Source of the DNA: an uncultured Nitrososphaerota archaeon
GTDB taxonomy: Archaea; Thermoproteota; Methanomethylicia; Nezhaarchaeales; B40-G2
Direction: 5' to 3'
DNA length: 64,000 bases
NCBI GenBank assembly: GCA_964626365.1
Contig: CAZVDL010000003.1
Coordinates: forward strand, 23,783 to 87,782
Position 1 is the first letter of the stretch; each line of letters begins with the position of its first letter. The notes under the pieces are model-generated. The model saw only the letters and a program-made list of their open reading frames with translations. It was not told the DNA's origin and did not search any database. Positions 29,911-40,648 of this stretch are shown piece by piece. The position numbers were made by a program, and so were the translations under genes.

Positions 29911-31167
29911 CTAGCTCACTGGAAGAGTGCTCATAGTGGCTGAGGGGAGCTCCTCCTCTATCCTTATCAGCTCGTTTAACTTGGCTATTCGCTCTCCCCC
30001 TACGACCCCAGTTTTGATTAAGTGGGCGGAGAAGCCAACCGCTATATGGGCTAAGGCCTCATCCTCTGTCTCGCCTGAACGGTGGGAGACGACTATCACC
30101 ATACCTGATGATCTAGCCAGTGAGGCCGTCTCGTAAGACGCGCTCAGGGTCCCTATCTGGTTAGGCTTAATGATTATGGCCCTGGCTGCACTCATCTCTA
30201 CACCTCTCCTAAGCCTGGAGGGGTTTGTGGTGAAGAGGTCGTCGCCACATATCAAGCAGTTCTTAACCTTTCTAGTTAACTCCGCAAAACCCTCAAAGTC
30301 CTCCTCATGTAGTGGGTCCTCAACGTAGAGGAGGTTGTAGTCCTCGATGAGGCCTAACACGAAGTCTAAGTGTTCTTCTGGGGTCCTCTCAACACCCTCG
30401 CCCGCGTAGACGTAGAGATTCTTGGAGGGAGCCCACAACGACGAGGCCGCCATATCGATCCCTAACCCGACTTTACAGCCGTATTCGTCGCCTACCTCGT
30501 CGCAGACCTCCCTGACGATCTTCAAGGCCTGGACGGCGTTCAACCTAGCCACCCAGGCTCCCTCGTCGGTCTTCCCTCCCGCGAAGGTATCATCAACCTC
30601 GGCTATACGCTTAGGAAGTCTTCGATGTATCTCGGCGTTGATTGCTATTGCCTCCTTGACTGACCTAGCGTTTAAGGGGAAGACCAGGATCTCCTGGATG
30701 TCTAGGGCCTTGGCCGCTGCGTGTTTACCTCCCCCCAGCACGTTGCCTAGGGGTATAGGGAGGCTGTTAGCCATAGCCCCGCCTATCCACCTATATAGAG
30801 GAAGGCCAAGGGAGGAGGCTGCCGCTTTGGCGGCCGCTATGGAGGAAGCTATGGCGGTGGAGCCCCCTATTCTAGAGAAGTTGGGCGTACCGTCGATCTC
30901 CTTCAAGGTCTCATCGATGGATTTCTGGTCGGCGGCGTCGAGGCCTACTAGCTTAGGGGCCACCTCCTCCTCAAACAGCTTAATTGCCTCGTCAACCCCT
31001 CCGCTCGGGAAGGCTACGGCTTCATGTACTCCTCGGCTAGCTCCAGCTGGAGCTGAACACCTACCTACCCCAGTGGCTGTCTCAATCTCGATCTCAATCG
31101 TCGGGCTGCCTCTACTATCAAAAACTTTCCTTGCCCTAGCAGCCTCTATTACAGCTAAGGCCTCCAA
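29911..31167 (-). CDS. eno: enolase
   Basis: VFDSRGSPTIEIEIE N-terminus and SHRSGETED active-site motif; 418 aa. Confidence 0.9.
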   Translation of the reverse strand: MEALAVIEAARARKVFDSRGSPTIEIEIETATGVGRCSAPAGASRGVHEAVAFPSGGVDEAIKLFEEEVAPKLVGLDAADQKSIDETLKEIDGTPNFSRIGGSTAIASSIAAAKAAASSLGLPLYRWIGGAMANSLPIPLGNVLGGGKHAAAKALDIQEILVFPLNARSVKEAIAINAEIHRRLPKRIAEVDDTFAGGKTDEGAWVARLNAVQALKIVREVCDEVGDEYGCKVGLGIDMAASSLWAPSKNLYVYAGEGVERTPEEHLDFVLGLIEDYNLLYVEDPLHEEDFEGFAELTRKVKNCLICGDDLFTTNPSRLRRGVEMSAARAIIIKPNQIGTLSASYETASLARSSGMVIVVSHRSGETEDEALAHIAVGFSAHLIKTGVVGGERIAKLNELIRIEEELPSATMSTLPVS

Positions 31168-31217
31168 GGCGTCCCCCGACAGTTAAGGTCTTTAACCGGT
31201 AAAATAGGCTTCGCTTC

Positions 31218-31421
31218 CTAGTAGCTTGGCTTCTTAAATCTCAACACTTCGTCTATGAGCTCGACGTGGCTTATTAACATCCTCCTACAGCAGTACCTTG
31301 TGACCCCTAGGTCGTCAAGGACCCTTCCAGGCTCCTCTCCAGCTCTAACCCTCCTATCGAACTCCTCCCATAGATGGGCGAGAGGCTTGCCACAGGTAAA
31401 GCATCTCACGGGTATTATCAA
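31218..31421 (-). CDS. rpoN: DNA-directed RNA polymerase subunit N (Rpo10)
   Basis: [12 protein letters not shown]...RYCCRRM zinc-bundle signature; 67 aa. Confidence 0.85.
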   Translation of the reverse strand: MIIPVRCFTCGKPLAHLWEEFDRRVRAGEEPGRVLDDLGVTRYCCRRMLISHVELIDEVLRFKKPSY

Positions 31422-31428
31422 GGCCCCT

Positions 31429-31818
31429 TCACCTATACGACTTCTGCCTCTTAGCTCTAGCCGATCTTCCTCGAGGCTTCTTAGGCTCGGTCTGCCTTGG
31501 GTCCCCTACCAGCATGTGCCTGTCGTACTCCATGAATAGCTTCTCTAGCTCAGGCTTCTCAAACCACTTTACTAGGCCTCTAGCTATTGCTATCCTAGCA
31601 GCCACCGCCTGGCCCATGAAGCCGCCTCCCTTAACGTCCACCTTAATGTCCACCTGGTTACGTAGCTCGTCTCCAGCTAGTATCAGCGGCTCCATGATTT
31701 TCAGCCTAGCCAGCTCAGGTTGATAGATCTCGAGCGGTATGCCGTTGATAAAGACCCTACCTCTGCCAGGCTTAAACACAGCCCTAGCGACCGCGGTTTT
31801 ACGTTTACCTGACACCAC
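31429..31818 (-). CDS. rps9: 30S ribosomal protein S9
   Basis: [11 protein letters not shown]...C-terminal RQKSYR. Confidence 0.85.
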   Translation of the reverse strand: MVSGKRKTAVARAVFKPGRGRVFINGIPLEIYQPELARLKIMEPLILAGDELRNQVDIKVDVKGGGFMGQAVAARIAIARGLVKWFEKPELEKLFMEYDRHMLVGDPRQTEPKKPRGRSARAKRQKSYR

Positions 31819-31896
31819 GAGTACTTGCTTAGCCAGTTTAGAGCCACCTCAGCAGGCTGGTGGAGCGGTGGCTTTTAAGCTTCACGTAGAAGAAGG

Positions 31897-32340
31897 TTAA
31901 GGCTTCCAGCCAAAGAGGGAAGCTAGCTCGCCCACCGTTAAGTACTTCCTAAGGGAGAGCTTAGACGCGTCGGCCTCCTCGAACCTAATGGCTTGGACCG
32001 ACCTATATTCCTCGGGCACGCCTATGTACACCCTGAGCCTACGGTACGCCGCCCTACCTCGAGGCTTCTTGTAGGGTAGCATCCCCCTTACGACCCTCTT
32101 AACCATTAAGTCGGGCCTCCTGATCTTCTTAGGACCTTTCTCCGGGTTCTTTAATCTACGCTTAGCCAGTACATACTTCTTGTACTCCTCAACTATGTTC
32201 TTCTTGCTCCCCGAGATTACGGCCTTCTCCGCATTAACTATCACTACTCTTTCGCCAGCTAGTAGCCTCTTAGCTACGAGGCTAGCCATCCTGCCAAGTA
32301 CCATATTAGTGGCGTCTACCACGAGCGTCAAGGAGGTCAC
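31897..32340 (-). CDS. rpl13: 50S ribosomal protein L13
   Basis: LVVDATNMVLGRMASLVAKRLLAGERVVIVNAEKAVISG. Confidence 0.85.
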   Translation of the reverse strand: MTSLTLVVDATNMVLGRMASLVAKRLLAGERVVIVNAEKAVISGSKKNIVEEYKKYVLAKRRLKNPEKGPKKIRRPDLMVKRVVRGMLPYKKPRGRAAYRRLRVYIGVPEEYRSVQAIRFEEADASKLSLRKYLTVGELASLFGWKP

Positions 32341-32699
32341 CCTATGATTTTAACCCTTGAGCCTTTAGGATTTAACTCGACTAGCTCTTTAATTGATAGG
32401 CACTTACCCTTAGCCGCCTCTATCTTCTCTCTAGCTGACTTGGAGAAGCTGAAAGCAGCCACAGTCACGGGGTGCTCCAGCGTGCCAAAGCCTAATACCT
32501 TACCTGGGACCACCACCACGTCTCCCTCGCCAGTGTACCTGTTAATCCTGCTGAGGTTTACAGCTATCCTCCTCCGCCGCGGCCTAGCCAGTCTCTTAGC
32601 CACGTCCAGCCAGATCCTGGCTCCATGTTGGCGCCAGGATTTCCTTAGGAAATAGACTAGCGACCTAAGCTGAGGGTTGGTGGCTTTTACCTCAATCAC
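32337..32699 (-). CDS. rpl18e: 50S ribosomal protein L18e
   Basis: NPQLRSLVYFLRK...ARPRRRRIAVNLSRI...VTVAAFSFSKSAREKIEAAKGK. Confidence 0.8.
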   Translation of the reverse strand: MIEVKATNPQLRSLVYFLRKSWRQHGARIWLDVAKRLARPRRRRIAVNLSRINRYTGEGDVVVVPGKVLGFGTLEHPVTVAAFSFSKSAREKIEAAKGKCLSIKELVELNPKGSRVKIIG

Positions 32700-32705
32700 C
32701 CCTCA

Positions 32706-33533
32706 TCACCCTTCAAGCGATTCCTTAAGCTTCTCCTTAAACTCCTCAGCCTTAGACCTTAGCACCTGGGCGGCCTTAAGTATTATCTCAGCCACAGGCA
32801 TGGTGCCGGTGGATTCGACGGTAAAGATGAAAGCGCGTTCATCCCACCCCACCTTTAAGACGCCTTTTTCACACGCACTTTCACACTCCATGCATAGGCT
32901 GCAGTCAATTATGTTAATGACCCTCACCGAGCTATCGGATAGCTTAAGGATCCCCTTAGGGCAGGCGTCTACGCAGGCCCCGCATCCATCGCAGAGCGAG
33001 GAATCGATTGCTATCACCGGCATGTATTTGTAGGCGCAGGCTGAGACCGGCTGCCACTTAGCGTGGTCCTTACCTAGGCCTAGAGTAGCGTAGGCCTCTA
33101 GGACTATGCTTTGGCCAGGGCTTAGCTTGACTATCGGTATGTTATCGTAGACGGGGCGCACCTCAGGGTCCTCGGGTTTAAGATCCCTGGAGTAGACCAC
33201 CTTTATCCCTTCGCCTTCCTCGCACCTAACATCTAGGTATAGCCTGGCTTGGCAGAGAGAGCAGCCAGCCCCTCCACATTTACACTGGCTGGGTAGGACG
33301 TAGCCCTCCTTAGGGGTCTTCAAGGGGATCATAGCTAGTCGGTGAGCGAGGATCTCGTCGTATAGCACCGAGGAGTTCTCTATAATGGCTACCTCGTCTA
33401 TGGCCATACACGGTACCTCGGCTATCATTATCCTCCTCAGGGCGTTAGCTAGAGCTACGCCGACCCCACGGAGGATGAAACGGGCCTTATAGTCATCCAG
33501 CTCCACGAAGCTTATCTCCAACGAGCCCACCAA
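32706..33533 (-). CDS. rpoD: DNA-directed RNA polymerase subunit D (Rpo3) with a 4Fe-4S ferredoxin-like domain
   Basis: ALANALRRIMIAEVP dimerisation motif plus CDGCGACVDACP and CSLCMECESAC cluster motifs, typical of crenarchaeal Rpo3. Confidence 0.85.
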   Translation of the reverse strand: MVGSLEISFVELDDYKARFILRGVGVALANALRRIMIAEVPCMAIDEVAIIENSSVLYDEILAHRLAMIPLKTPKEGYVLPSQCKCGGAGCSLCQARLYLDVRCEEGEGIKVVYSRDLKPEDPEVRPVYDNIPIVKLSPGQSIVLEAYATLGLGKDHAKWQPVSACAYKYMPVIAIDSSLCDGCGACVDACPKGILKLSDSSVRVINIIDCSLCMECESACEKGVLKVGWDERAFIFTVESTGTMPVAEIILKAAQVLRSKAEEFKEKLKESLEG

Positions 33534-33565
33534 CGCTAAGGAAGGTTTTAGGCGCCGGGAGCCTC

Positions 33566-33967
33566 TTACACCCTCCTACCGCGTCTACCTCCAGGCCTCC
33601 TTATATGGTCGTGGGGCAGAGGGGTTACGTCTTCTATCTGCCCGATTATCAGGCCGGCCCTTGCTAGGGCTCTAATGGCTGCTTGAGCCCCCGGGCCAGG
33701 GGTCTTAGGGCCGCTGCCGCCAGTAGCCCTAACCCTGATGTGCACCGCGTTGATACCCTTTTCCAGTGCCTGCTGAGCCGCCTTGGTCGCAGCTAGCATA
33801 GCTGCGTAGGGTGATGGCTTCTCGCGGTCCGCCTTAACCACCATGCCCCCCGAGGCCTTGGCTATGGTTTCAGCCCCAGTGAGGTCCGTTATCAGTATGA
33901 GGGTGTTGTTGAAGCTGGAGTAGATGTGGCATATGCCCCAGTTTAGTTGTTGCTGCTGAGAGGACAC
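33566..33967 (-). CDS. rps11: 30S ribosomal protein S11
   Basis: [24 protein letters not shown]...IRVRATGG. Confidence 0.85.
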   Translation of the reverse strand: MSSQQQQLNWGICHIYSSFNNTLILITDLTGAETIAKASGGMVVKADREKPSPYAAMLAATKAAQQALEKGINAVHIRVRATGGSGPKTPGPGAQAAIRALARAGLIIGQIEDVTPLPHDHIRRPGGRRGRRV

Positions 33968-33978
33968 CTCGCATCACC

Positions 33979-34470
33979 TCATACAGGGGGGTTTACAGCG
34001 AACGGGCTGTTGGGGGCGTACTGAATTAAGGGCTCCTCGTCCCGGCTGACGAGGTATCCTGGAGAGGTCACTATTTGGTCCCCTATCGCGATGTGGCCAT
34101 GTACGATGAGCTGCCTGGCCTGGTAGATGGTTTTAGCTAGGCCCTTCCTGTACACGACGGTCTGTAATCTCCTTTCAAGCAGGTCGTCGACTGTGAGGTT
34201 CAATACATCGTCTAGGGTGGCTCCTGGAGGTAGTAGGTTCATCCTTACTAGCCTATCGATTAGCTGGCGCCGCCTAGTCTCATCGGCCATAGCTAGGAGC
34301 TGGCGGGCTTGATGCCGTATCTTCTCGACCATGTACTTAGCCTTCCATAGCTCACGCTTGTTCCTAAGGCCATATCTGCCTACCAGCTCTATTTCCTGCT
34401 GTAGCACCTCCTTCCTCCATGGATGGCGAGGCCCTCTCCACTTCTTGCGCGGCTTCTTAGGATCCCCCAA
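33979..34470 (-). CDS. rps4: 30S ribosomal protein S4
   Basis: [19 protein letters not shown]-terminus plus S4 RNA-binding domain. Confidence 0.85.
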   Translation of the reverse strand: MGDPKKPRKKWRGPRHPWRKEVLQQEIELVGRYGLRNKRELWKAKYMVEKIRHQARQLLAMADETRRRQLIDRLVRMNLLPPGATLDDVLNLTVDDLLERRLQTVVYRKGLAKTIYQARQLIVHGHIAIGDQIVTSPGYLVSRDEEPLIQYAPNSPFAVNPPV

Positions 34471-34483
34471 GACCCTAACACCT

Positions 34484-34939
34484 CTACTTAGGCTTCCTGG
34501 CGACGCCCACGGTCTGGCCTGTACGCCCGGTGGTCCTAGTACGCTGCCCTCTGACCTTCAACCCCCAAGCGTGCCTTAGGCCCTTCCAGCACTTAATCTT
34601 CTTCATCAAGTCTATGTCGCTCTTAACGGCAAACTCCCAGTCACCGCCTATTAAATGCAAGTCGTTGCCTGTTTGAGGGTCCCTCTGCCTATTAACCGCC
34701 CAGTTGGGGATGCCGTGTTTAAGCGGGTCGCTTAAGATCTCCTCGATCCTCTTCACCTGGTGGTCGGTGAGGTAGCCTACCCTGAGGTTAGGGTCTATCC
34801 CAGCAACGTTGAGCAACATTCTAGCAAAGTTTAAGCCTACCCCCTTAATGACTGCTAGGCCGTGCACCACCTTCATAGTGCCGTCTACATCCGTGCCGGC
34901 TATCCTAACAATATGTCTAAATTCTCCCGGCGTCGACAT
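34484..34939 (-). CDS. rps13: 30S ribosomal protein S13
   Basis: [14 protein letters not shown]...[11 protein letters not shown]. Confidence 0.85.
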   Translation of the reverse strand: MSTPGEFRHIVRIAGTDVDGTMKVVHGLAVIKGVGLNFARMLLNVAGIDPNLRVGYLTDHQVKRIEEILSDPLKHGIPNWAVNRQRDPQTGNDLHLIGGDWEFAVKSDIDLMKKIKCWKGLRHAWGLKVRGQRTRTTGRTGQTVGVARKPK

Positions 34940-35082
34940 TTCCCCTAACCTTGCTATTGAGCAGGGCGAGGGGGCGGTAATAAATCTTAGCGCTCATACC
35001 TAACAGTTAGCTTGACCCCTACGCACTGGACCTTGAAGCCTTGCGTTAAAGGTTTATCCCTCCACTGCTAGGGCTACAGTGA

Positions 35083-35182
35083 GCCGGGGTGGCCGAGTGG
35101 CCTAAGGCGCCAGCCTGGAGCTACTCGACGGAGAGCTGGTGCCCCTTAACGGGGCGCGTGGGTTCAAATCCCACCCCCGGCG
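35083..35182 (+). tRNA. tRNA-Ser(GGA) with a 13-nt canonical (37/38) intron at 35121-35133
   Basis: acceptor GCCGGGG/CCCCGGC, anticodon stem CCAGC/GCTGG, loop CUGGAG + intron + A, long variable arm GCCCCTTAACGGGGCGC, T-arm GTGGGTTCAAATCCCAC. Confidence 0.85.
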
Positions 35183-35322
35183 TAACTTAAATATAAGGCA
35201 CCTCAGGGGCCGCTCCTGGCTTCACGTCTAGTGTTTTAGGGCCTCCTTGTAGCTTGACTCGGTTAAAACTCCATAACGGGTCGAGAAAGCCAGACTTGGC
35301 CCAAGGCGCTATGGGGCACGCG

Positions 35323-36316
35323 CTAGGCCTTTCTCCTGCCTTTCCACATGGGTGGGTACGTGCCGGGCTCCATGATCACCCTCTTGGTCTTAGCCACAAG
35401 GCCCTTCTCGGCCTCTAGGATCTCCTTGGCCGACATGAGGGCCGTGGCTAAGGCTACCAACTCCCCCTTCTGGGTCATAAGCGCGACCTCTGAGCCCTTC
35501 CTCACGTCCGAGGTCAGCCTAAGCACTCCTGGAGCTGCTAGGCTAGCGCCGTGGCAGATGGCGTCTACGGCTGAGTCCCTTATTACGATCTTGGGCATGT
35601 CCTCGACTACCTTCTCCATGGGTTGGAGGGCTCTTCTCAGCCAACTTTCATCTCCCTCCTCCCTCCACAGGTCGTAGGCGTCCTTGAGGTCGTGGAGGGT
35701 TACGAGGGTCGAGTCCTCTTTGAACACTCCGCTACGCGTCCGCCTAAGCTCCCTCATATGCGCGCCCACGCCTAGTACCAGGCCTATGTCGTGGCATAGC
35801 TTACGTATGTACGTTCCAGCCTCGCAGCTAACCCTCATCAACACGAGCTTCCCCTGGACCTCGAGGACCTCGAGCTCGTGGATCCTCCTAACCCTTAACC
35901 TACGCTTAACGGAGGCTCTTAAAGGAGGCCTCTGATAGATAGGGCCTACGAACTCGGCACAGACCTCTCTGACCCTGCTCTCAGGCACAGCTGAGTGCAG
36001 CTGCATAACGCATATGTACTCCTTCGACTCCCTCGACATTAACCATAGCAGCTTCCTAGCCTTGTTTAAGGCTATAGGCAGCACGCCGGTTACCTTGGGA
36101 TGACCCCGCCCCTCAGGGCTCTAGGGTCCCTCCATGACCGGCGCGGTCCACGTTCAGTATGCGTTTAACCCACGCGGTCACCTCGTGAGACGTAGGGCCC
36201 GGCGGCTTGTCTAGGTTTATTACGCCCTTCTCCAAGAGCTCCTCGATGCTCCGCTCCTCAGGCCTACAGCCGTAGGGCGAAGGCTCCTCCTCGCTCTTCA
36301 CTAGGTACTCAGCCAA
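35323..36316 (-). CDS. cbf5: tRNA/rRNA pseudouridine synthase Cbf5 (box H/ACA RNP), split by a 19-nt mRNA intron
   Basis: Exon 1 (36316..36116) ends ...[10 protein letters not shown] (TruB catalytic motif) followed by a TGA. Exon 2 (36096..35323) continues [17 protein letters not shown]... in another frame and carries the PUA domain. The intervening tgaggggcggggtcatccc (36097-36115) removes the stop and frameshift. Confidence 0.85.
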
Positions 36317-36371
36317 GGGCTACCCCTCAAAGAGGGCGTACACGTACCTGATAAAGTTTAACTCCTCAGGG

Positions 36372-36665
36372 CTACTCCAGCACCGGCTTAATTCGCTCCT
36401 TCATAAACTCGATCTTCCCGGCCTCCTCTAAGGCCTTCCTCACCTCGTCGTCGGAGGCTCCCTTAGGTATATTGATCGCGTCCTCGAGGGGTATCAGGTG
36501 CTTGATATTCGCTCTCCTACGCTTAACTCCGCTTACGTCCTTAGGCCCCGTCACTAGGACAAAGTTCTCGTCTATCAAGTCTACGACCACACACTTAAGC
36601 CCAGCCTCTCTGCCAGTGGTTTTAACGCAGATACGCCCCACCTGTATTGAGGGCATAAGCGTCAC
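36372..36665 (-). CDS. rpl14e: 50S ribosomal protein L14e
   Basis: KOW-containing 97-aa protein: [36 protein letters not shown]. Confidence 0.8.
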   Translation of the reverse strand: MTLMPSIQVGRICVKTTGREAGLKCVVVDLIDENFVLVTGPKDVSGVKRRRANIKHLIPLEDAINIPKGASDDEVRKALEEAGKIEFMKERIKPVLE

Positions 36666-36695
36666 CTAACAGCCTACCTCACCCTAAAGGAGAGC

Positions 36696-37304
36696 TTATA
36701 AACTTGTTGATTCTAGCCCGAGCGCCTGTTTAAGTAGCTTGATCACGGTCTCAGCCACCACCTCCTTGCTCCACAAGGCCGTGTTGATCACCAGGTCGAA
36801 GACAGATAGGTCGGATATGTCTATGCCGTATATTTCGCGGTAGCGCCTCCTATTGCTCTCCTCCCGCTCCTTGATCTGCCTTAAGGCTTCCTCGTAGCTT
36901 ACACCATCCCTGCTAGCTACCCTTTCAGCCCTAACCTCTATGGGCGCAGTGAAGAAGATCTTGACGTCGGCCACCCTCCTCAGCAGCCAGCCAGCAAGGT
37001 GCCCGTCCACCACGACCCCTCCCTTTAAGGCCTCTGAGAAGGCCCTTTCATCGACTAGTAGGTCGAAGCTTGGGTCCTCCTCAGCCAGCCTGTGGAAATC
37101 TATCAGCGACAGCCCTCGCTCCTTAGCCAGCGACCTGAAGAGGCCTCCTATCGACACGTATCTGAGGCCTAGCTCCTCAGCTATCCTCTTAGCGTAGGTG
37201 GTCTTACCCGACCCAGGCTCCCCGCTTATAGCTATTGTGAACCTCTTCGAGCCTACTGGCCTATGAGAGCCCTCTGAATCCCCAGCCTTAAACACGTTGG
37301 GCAT
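36696..37304 (-). CDS. cmk: cytidylate kinase (archaeal type)
   Basis: P-loop [34 protein letters not shown]. Confidence 0.8.
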   Translation of the reverse strand: MPNVFKAGDSEGSHRPVGSKRFTIAISGEPGSGKTTYAKRIAEELGLRYVSIGGLFRSLAKERGLSLIDFHRLAEEDPSFDLLVDERAFSEALKGGVVVDGHLAGWLLRRVADVKIFFTAPIEVRAERVASRDGVSYEEALRQIKEREESNRRRYREIYGIDISDLSVFDLVINTALWSKEVVAETVIKLLKQALGLESTSL

Positions 37305-37522
37305 AAGTAGCCTCCATAGGGCCTGTTAGGCCTACGAGAGCTTTTAGGTAGCTTCCTTAGTTCATGCGGCAGCAGCCTGGGCACGCCTCCAAGAGGGGCG
37401 CCACAGTTAGCGCACTTAGCGATGCCGGGCTTCTCCCGCTTATAGTGGATAACGGTGTCGCCTCCTGGGAGCCTGACGGCGACCCTCTTCTTCGACCTCG
37501 TCCTTAAGCCGGGGCGGGGCAT
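37253..37522 (-). CDS. rpl34e: 50S ribosomal protein L34e
   Basis: [14 protein letters not shown]...C4 zinc ribbon CANCGAPL...CPTC. Confidence 0.8.
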   Translation of the reverse strand: MPRPGLRTRSKKRVAVRLPGGDTVIHYKREKPGIAKCANCGAPLGGVPRLLPHELRKLPKSSRRPNRPYGGYLCPTCLRLGIQRALIGQ

Positions 37523-37535
37523 AGGTCAGCCTCCC

Positions 37536-38033
37536 TTAATCGCTAGAGGCGTACGAGAGCCCTAGTAGCCGCTGGAATATAGGCACTACGCCTCCGCTCG
37601 CTATGAAGTACCACCAGATAAACTCTAAGCTCCTACCTAGCAGAGGGAAGTAGACGACGGGGCCCTCGAAGACCCTCCACAGGATGATGAAGATTATCCA
37701 GAAGGGTATGAGGTAGATCAACATGGGCTTAAGGGACTTAGCAGTCATCTCGGCCTGAAGCTTGTTTATGTAGGCCTGCTTCTTCATGAGCTTCGCCATG
37801 GCTTTATGGTCCTTCTTCATCTTAGCCCTAAAGAACTCCCTCCTCCACTCAGCTATCTCCTTATATTGCTCAGCGAGCTCCTCCACGTTCACCATAGCCC
37901 TCTGGATGCCAAAGTGCACCAACGTTATGGCCACGCACACGAGCACCACAGTCACCCCTGACAGCGGAGGTTGAGCCCAGGCTCCAAGGGCCTGCCTTAT
38001 CCACATGCTGACCTCTGATAGAAACTCGAACAA
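37536..38033 (-). CDS. DUF106 family membrane protein (archaeal Oxa1/YidC/EMC3-like insertase)
   Basis: 3-TM protein with a coiled-coil loop; conserved position next to secY. Confidence 0.55.
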   Translation of the reverse strand: MFEFLSEVSMWIRQALGAWAQPPLSGVTVVLVCVAITLVHFGIQRAMVNVEELAEQYKEIAEWRREFFRAKMKKDHKAMAKLMKKQAYINKLQAEMTAKSLKPMLIYLIPFWIIFIILWRVFEGPVVYFPLLGRSLEFIWWYFIASGGVVPIFQRLLGLSYASSD

Positions 38034-38090
38034 TGAGGGTCCCTAGAATGGGCTTAGCCCTCCCCGTCTAAAAGTTTATCGAGCTGCCGC

Positions 38091-39512
38091 TCACTTGCCC
38101 AGGATCCTCTCGAGCACCGGGTACATTTCGACGGCCTGCTCCCTAGCTATTATCTCGTAGTACTGGTACAATATCTCGACGGTGAGCAATATACCCATGC
38201 CCGTGCCTATGGCCCCTAGGAGGTCGGCGAAGGCGGCCAGCAGTCCTATGAAGAGGCCGCTCAGTATCGTCAGGGCAGAGATGTAGCGCTTCAGCAGCCT
38301 CTCCAAGATCTTAGGCGACTGCCTAAAGCCAGGCACCTGTAGACCTGCCTTAACCAGCTGCTCCGCCTGGTCGCGGGCTGACATACCTGAGGACTCAACC
38401 CACGCCACAGCGAAGAACACGCATAGAATACATAGCAGCGCGGTGTACACCAGGACGTGTACTAGGCCAGCGGGGGTTTGAAGCGAGGCTAAACCTCTAG
38501 GCGGAGACAAGTAGTATACTAGGCCGCCGATGGGCACAGGACCCCGCTCAGTCATGTTAAACATGCCCAGGGCGTTGAGTATAGGGTTCGTGTTAGTGGG
38601 GTTGAAGCGCGACCACAACATCTGGCTTATTATCTGGAGGTTCGCGTACAGCGCCCCCGCCAAGATGACGGGTATGACCGAGACGTATAGGAACTTGAAG
38701 GGCACGTTAGCCCTTATCCCCCCGTACCTAGCGTAGGACACCGGGACCTCGACTCTCATCGACTCGAAGTACAGCACTATTAGGAGGACCGCTATCATAG
38801 CTATGAAGCCGGTCATGTCGGGGAGGGGGTAGCGGTTAAAGCTGCTCAGCACGTCGCCCCTAAACAACGAGTGGAAGAAGGCTAGAATGGCGCCCACCGG
38901 CTCGCCTCCACGCTCAGGCACAGGGACCGGAGAGAATAGGCCCCAGAACACTTGCTGAGACACGCCGGCCGCGATAAACAAGCTGACGCCGCTGCCCAAG
39001 CCCCAGCCAGCCTGGATCATCTCGTCCAGCAGGATGATCAATACGCCGGCCGCGAAGAGCTGAGTGAACACGGCCAGCGCGTTGCCCAGGCTCAGCGGGC
39101 CGAAGAAACCGGCCAAGATGAAGGCGGCGGCCTCCAAGGCCGTCACCACTATGGCTAGCAGCTTCTGAGCCCCCGTAAACAGGGCTCTCTCATAGGGGTC
39201 TGAGAGGTCGACCTCTAGTATCTTGGAGCCCATCAAAATCTGCATTATTAAGCCGGCGGTCACGATGGGGCCTATGCCCAACTGCATAAGAGTGCCGTTC
39301 CTAGCCGCAAATATAATGTTGAAGAACACGAACTCCGCCAGCCTACCCCTCTCAGCTATGCCGAAGAGGGGCACCTGGCACATAATGAAGTAGATGGTCA
39401 GGACCACACCGGTCCAGAAAAGCTTACCTCTAAAGCTAACCCTACGCTTAGGCCTCTTAACGCCAGGCAGGAAGCGAATTACCGGTTCAAAAACCTCCAG
39501 GGCCCTAGCCAT
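38091..39512 (-). CDS. secY: preprotein translocase subunit SecY
   Basis: 473 aa with 10 TM segments; GIGPIVTAGLIMQIL plug/TM2 signature. Confidence 0.9.
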   Translation of the reverse strand: MARALEVFEPVIRFLPGVKRPKRRVSFRGKLFWTGVVLTIYFIMCQVPLFGIAERGRLAEFVFFNIIFAARNGTLMQLGIGPIVTAGLIMQILMGSKILEVDLSDPYERALFTGAQKLLAIVVTALEAAAFILAGFFGPLSLGNALAVFTQLFAAGVLIILLDEMIQAGWGLGSGVSLFIAAGVSQQVFWGLFSPVPVPERGGEPVGAILAFFHSLFRGDVLSSFNRYPLPDMTGFIAMIAVLLIVLYFESMRVEVPVSYARYGGIRANVPFKFLYVSVIPVILAGALYANLQIISQMLWSRFNPTNTNPILNALGMFNMTERGPVPIGGLVYYLSPPRGLASLQTPAGLVHVLVYTALLCILCVFFAVAWVESSGMSARDQAEQLVKAGLQVPGFRQSPKILERLLKRYISALTILSGLFIGLLAAFADLLGAIGTGMGILLTVEILYQYYEIIAREQAVEMYPVLERILGK

Positions 39513-39522
39513 CCCTCACCGC

Positions 39523-39975
39523 CTATTGAGGCCTAACCACCTGTCCTCCCGCAGCAGTGATCTTCTCGACGGCCCTCTCAGTGAAGGACTCAGCGACGAC
39601 GACCATAGGCCTCGAAAGCCTACCTCCACCCAGCACTTTATTGAAGCCCAGCTTAAAGCCATCTATGACGGGGAGCCCATCCTTAAACTCGAGCCTACCC
39701 TCCTTAGCCAGCCTATCAGCTATATCCTCGAGCTCGCCCACGTTAACCTCAACGTACTTCCTAACTACCTCGGGAGGCCTATGGAAGCCGTGCTTACCGA
39801 AGTAGTCCCTGGCATACTTCAAGACCCACGTCCACTTATGCTTATGCATCCCCGCGTGGCCCTTACCGCCCTTACGCCCACTACCCCTATGCTGAGCCAC
39901 CCTACCCCAGCCACAGCTACGAGTACCCCTATACTTCCTAGACGCCTTCTTACGCCGAGGTATATAGAGCCCCAT
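39523..39975 (-). CDS. rpl15: 50S ribosomal protein L15
   Basis: RGSGRKGGKGHAGMHKHKW motif of uL15. Confidence 0.85.
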   Translation of the reverse strand: MGLYIPRRKKASRKYRGTRSCGWGRVAQHRGSGRKGGKGHAGMHKHKWTWVLKYARDYFGKHGFHRPPEVVRKYVEVNVGELEDIADRLAKEGRLEFKDGLPVIDGFKLGFNKVLGGGRLSRPMVVVAESFTERAVEKITAAGGQVVRPQ

Positions 39976-40015
39976 TTAGTCCCCCTAGCCTGTTGAGAAG
40001 GGAGGGTAAAGAAGG

Positions 40016-40591
40016 TTACTCCACCACTATCCTAGTACCCCTCTCCTTACCCTTCTCCTCCTTCTCCAGCTTAACCTCCAAGACGCCGTTCCTGTAGGTA
40101 GCCTTAGCCGTGTCAGGCTTAACCCTAGCAGGAAGCTTAACCTCCTTGTAGTATTTACGCTGCTCCGTGTCCACTGAGATTATCAGCTCGTCCTCCGAGG
40201 CGTTAAGCTTAATGTCCTCCTTATTAACCCCCGGCAGCTCAGCGTACACCTTAATGTAATCCCCCTCATCCATCACGTCAACCAGAGGCTCGGTCTCCTC
40301 CTGGATAATAGGCCCCCTCGGAGTAGGCCTAACATTACCAAACTCCCTCACCACAGGCTTACCGTCAGGACCAATAGTAACGCTGAAACCATAAACAAAA
40401 GGCCCCTGCTCCTTACCGCCAGGCACCTTAGCAAAGCTACGCTCAAAAATCCTCTCCATCATCTCCTCCATACGCTCAAACTCCCTCTCCAACTCATCAA
40501 AAATATCAAACCACCAACGCCTACGCCTACGACTACCACGCCACTCATCAAACATCCCAGACACCAAAAAACAAAAACCCACGTTTTTCAT
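40016..40591 (-). CDS. hsp20: small heat-shock protein (Hsp20/alpha-crystallin)
   Basis: alpha-crystallin domain VDVMDEGDYIKVYAELPGVNKEDIKLNASEDELIISVD...KATYRNGVLEVKL. Confidence 0.8.
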   Translation of the reverse strand: MKNVGFCFLVSGMFDEWRGSRRRRRWWFDIFDELEREFERMEEMMERIFERSFAKVPGGKEQGPFVYGFSVTIGPDGKPVVREFGNVRPTPRGPIIQEETEPLVDVMDEGDYIKVYAELPGVNKEDIKLNASEDELIISVDTEQRKYYKEVKLPARVKPDTAKATYRNGVLEVKLEKEEKGKERGTRIVVE

Positions 40592-40648
40592 AAACCTACC
40601 GCACCGTCAAGTAAACTTTTTATCGCAGAAACATGGAAAAAGTTGACG

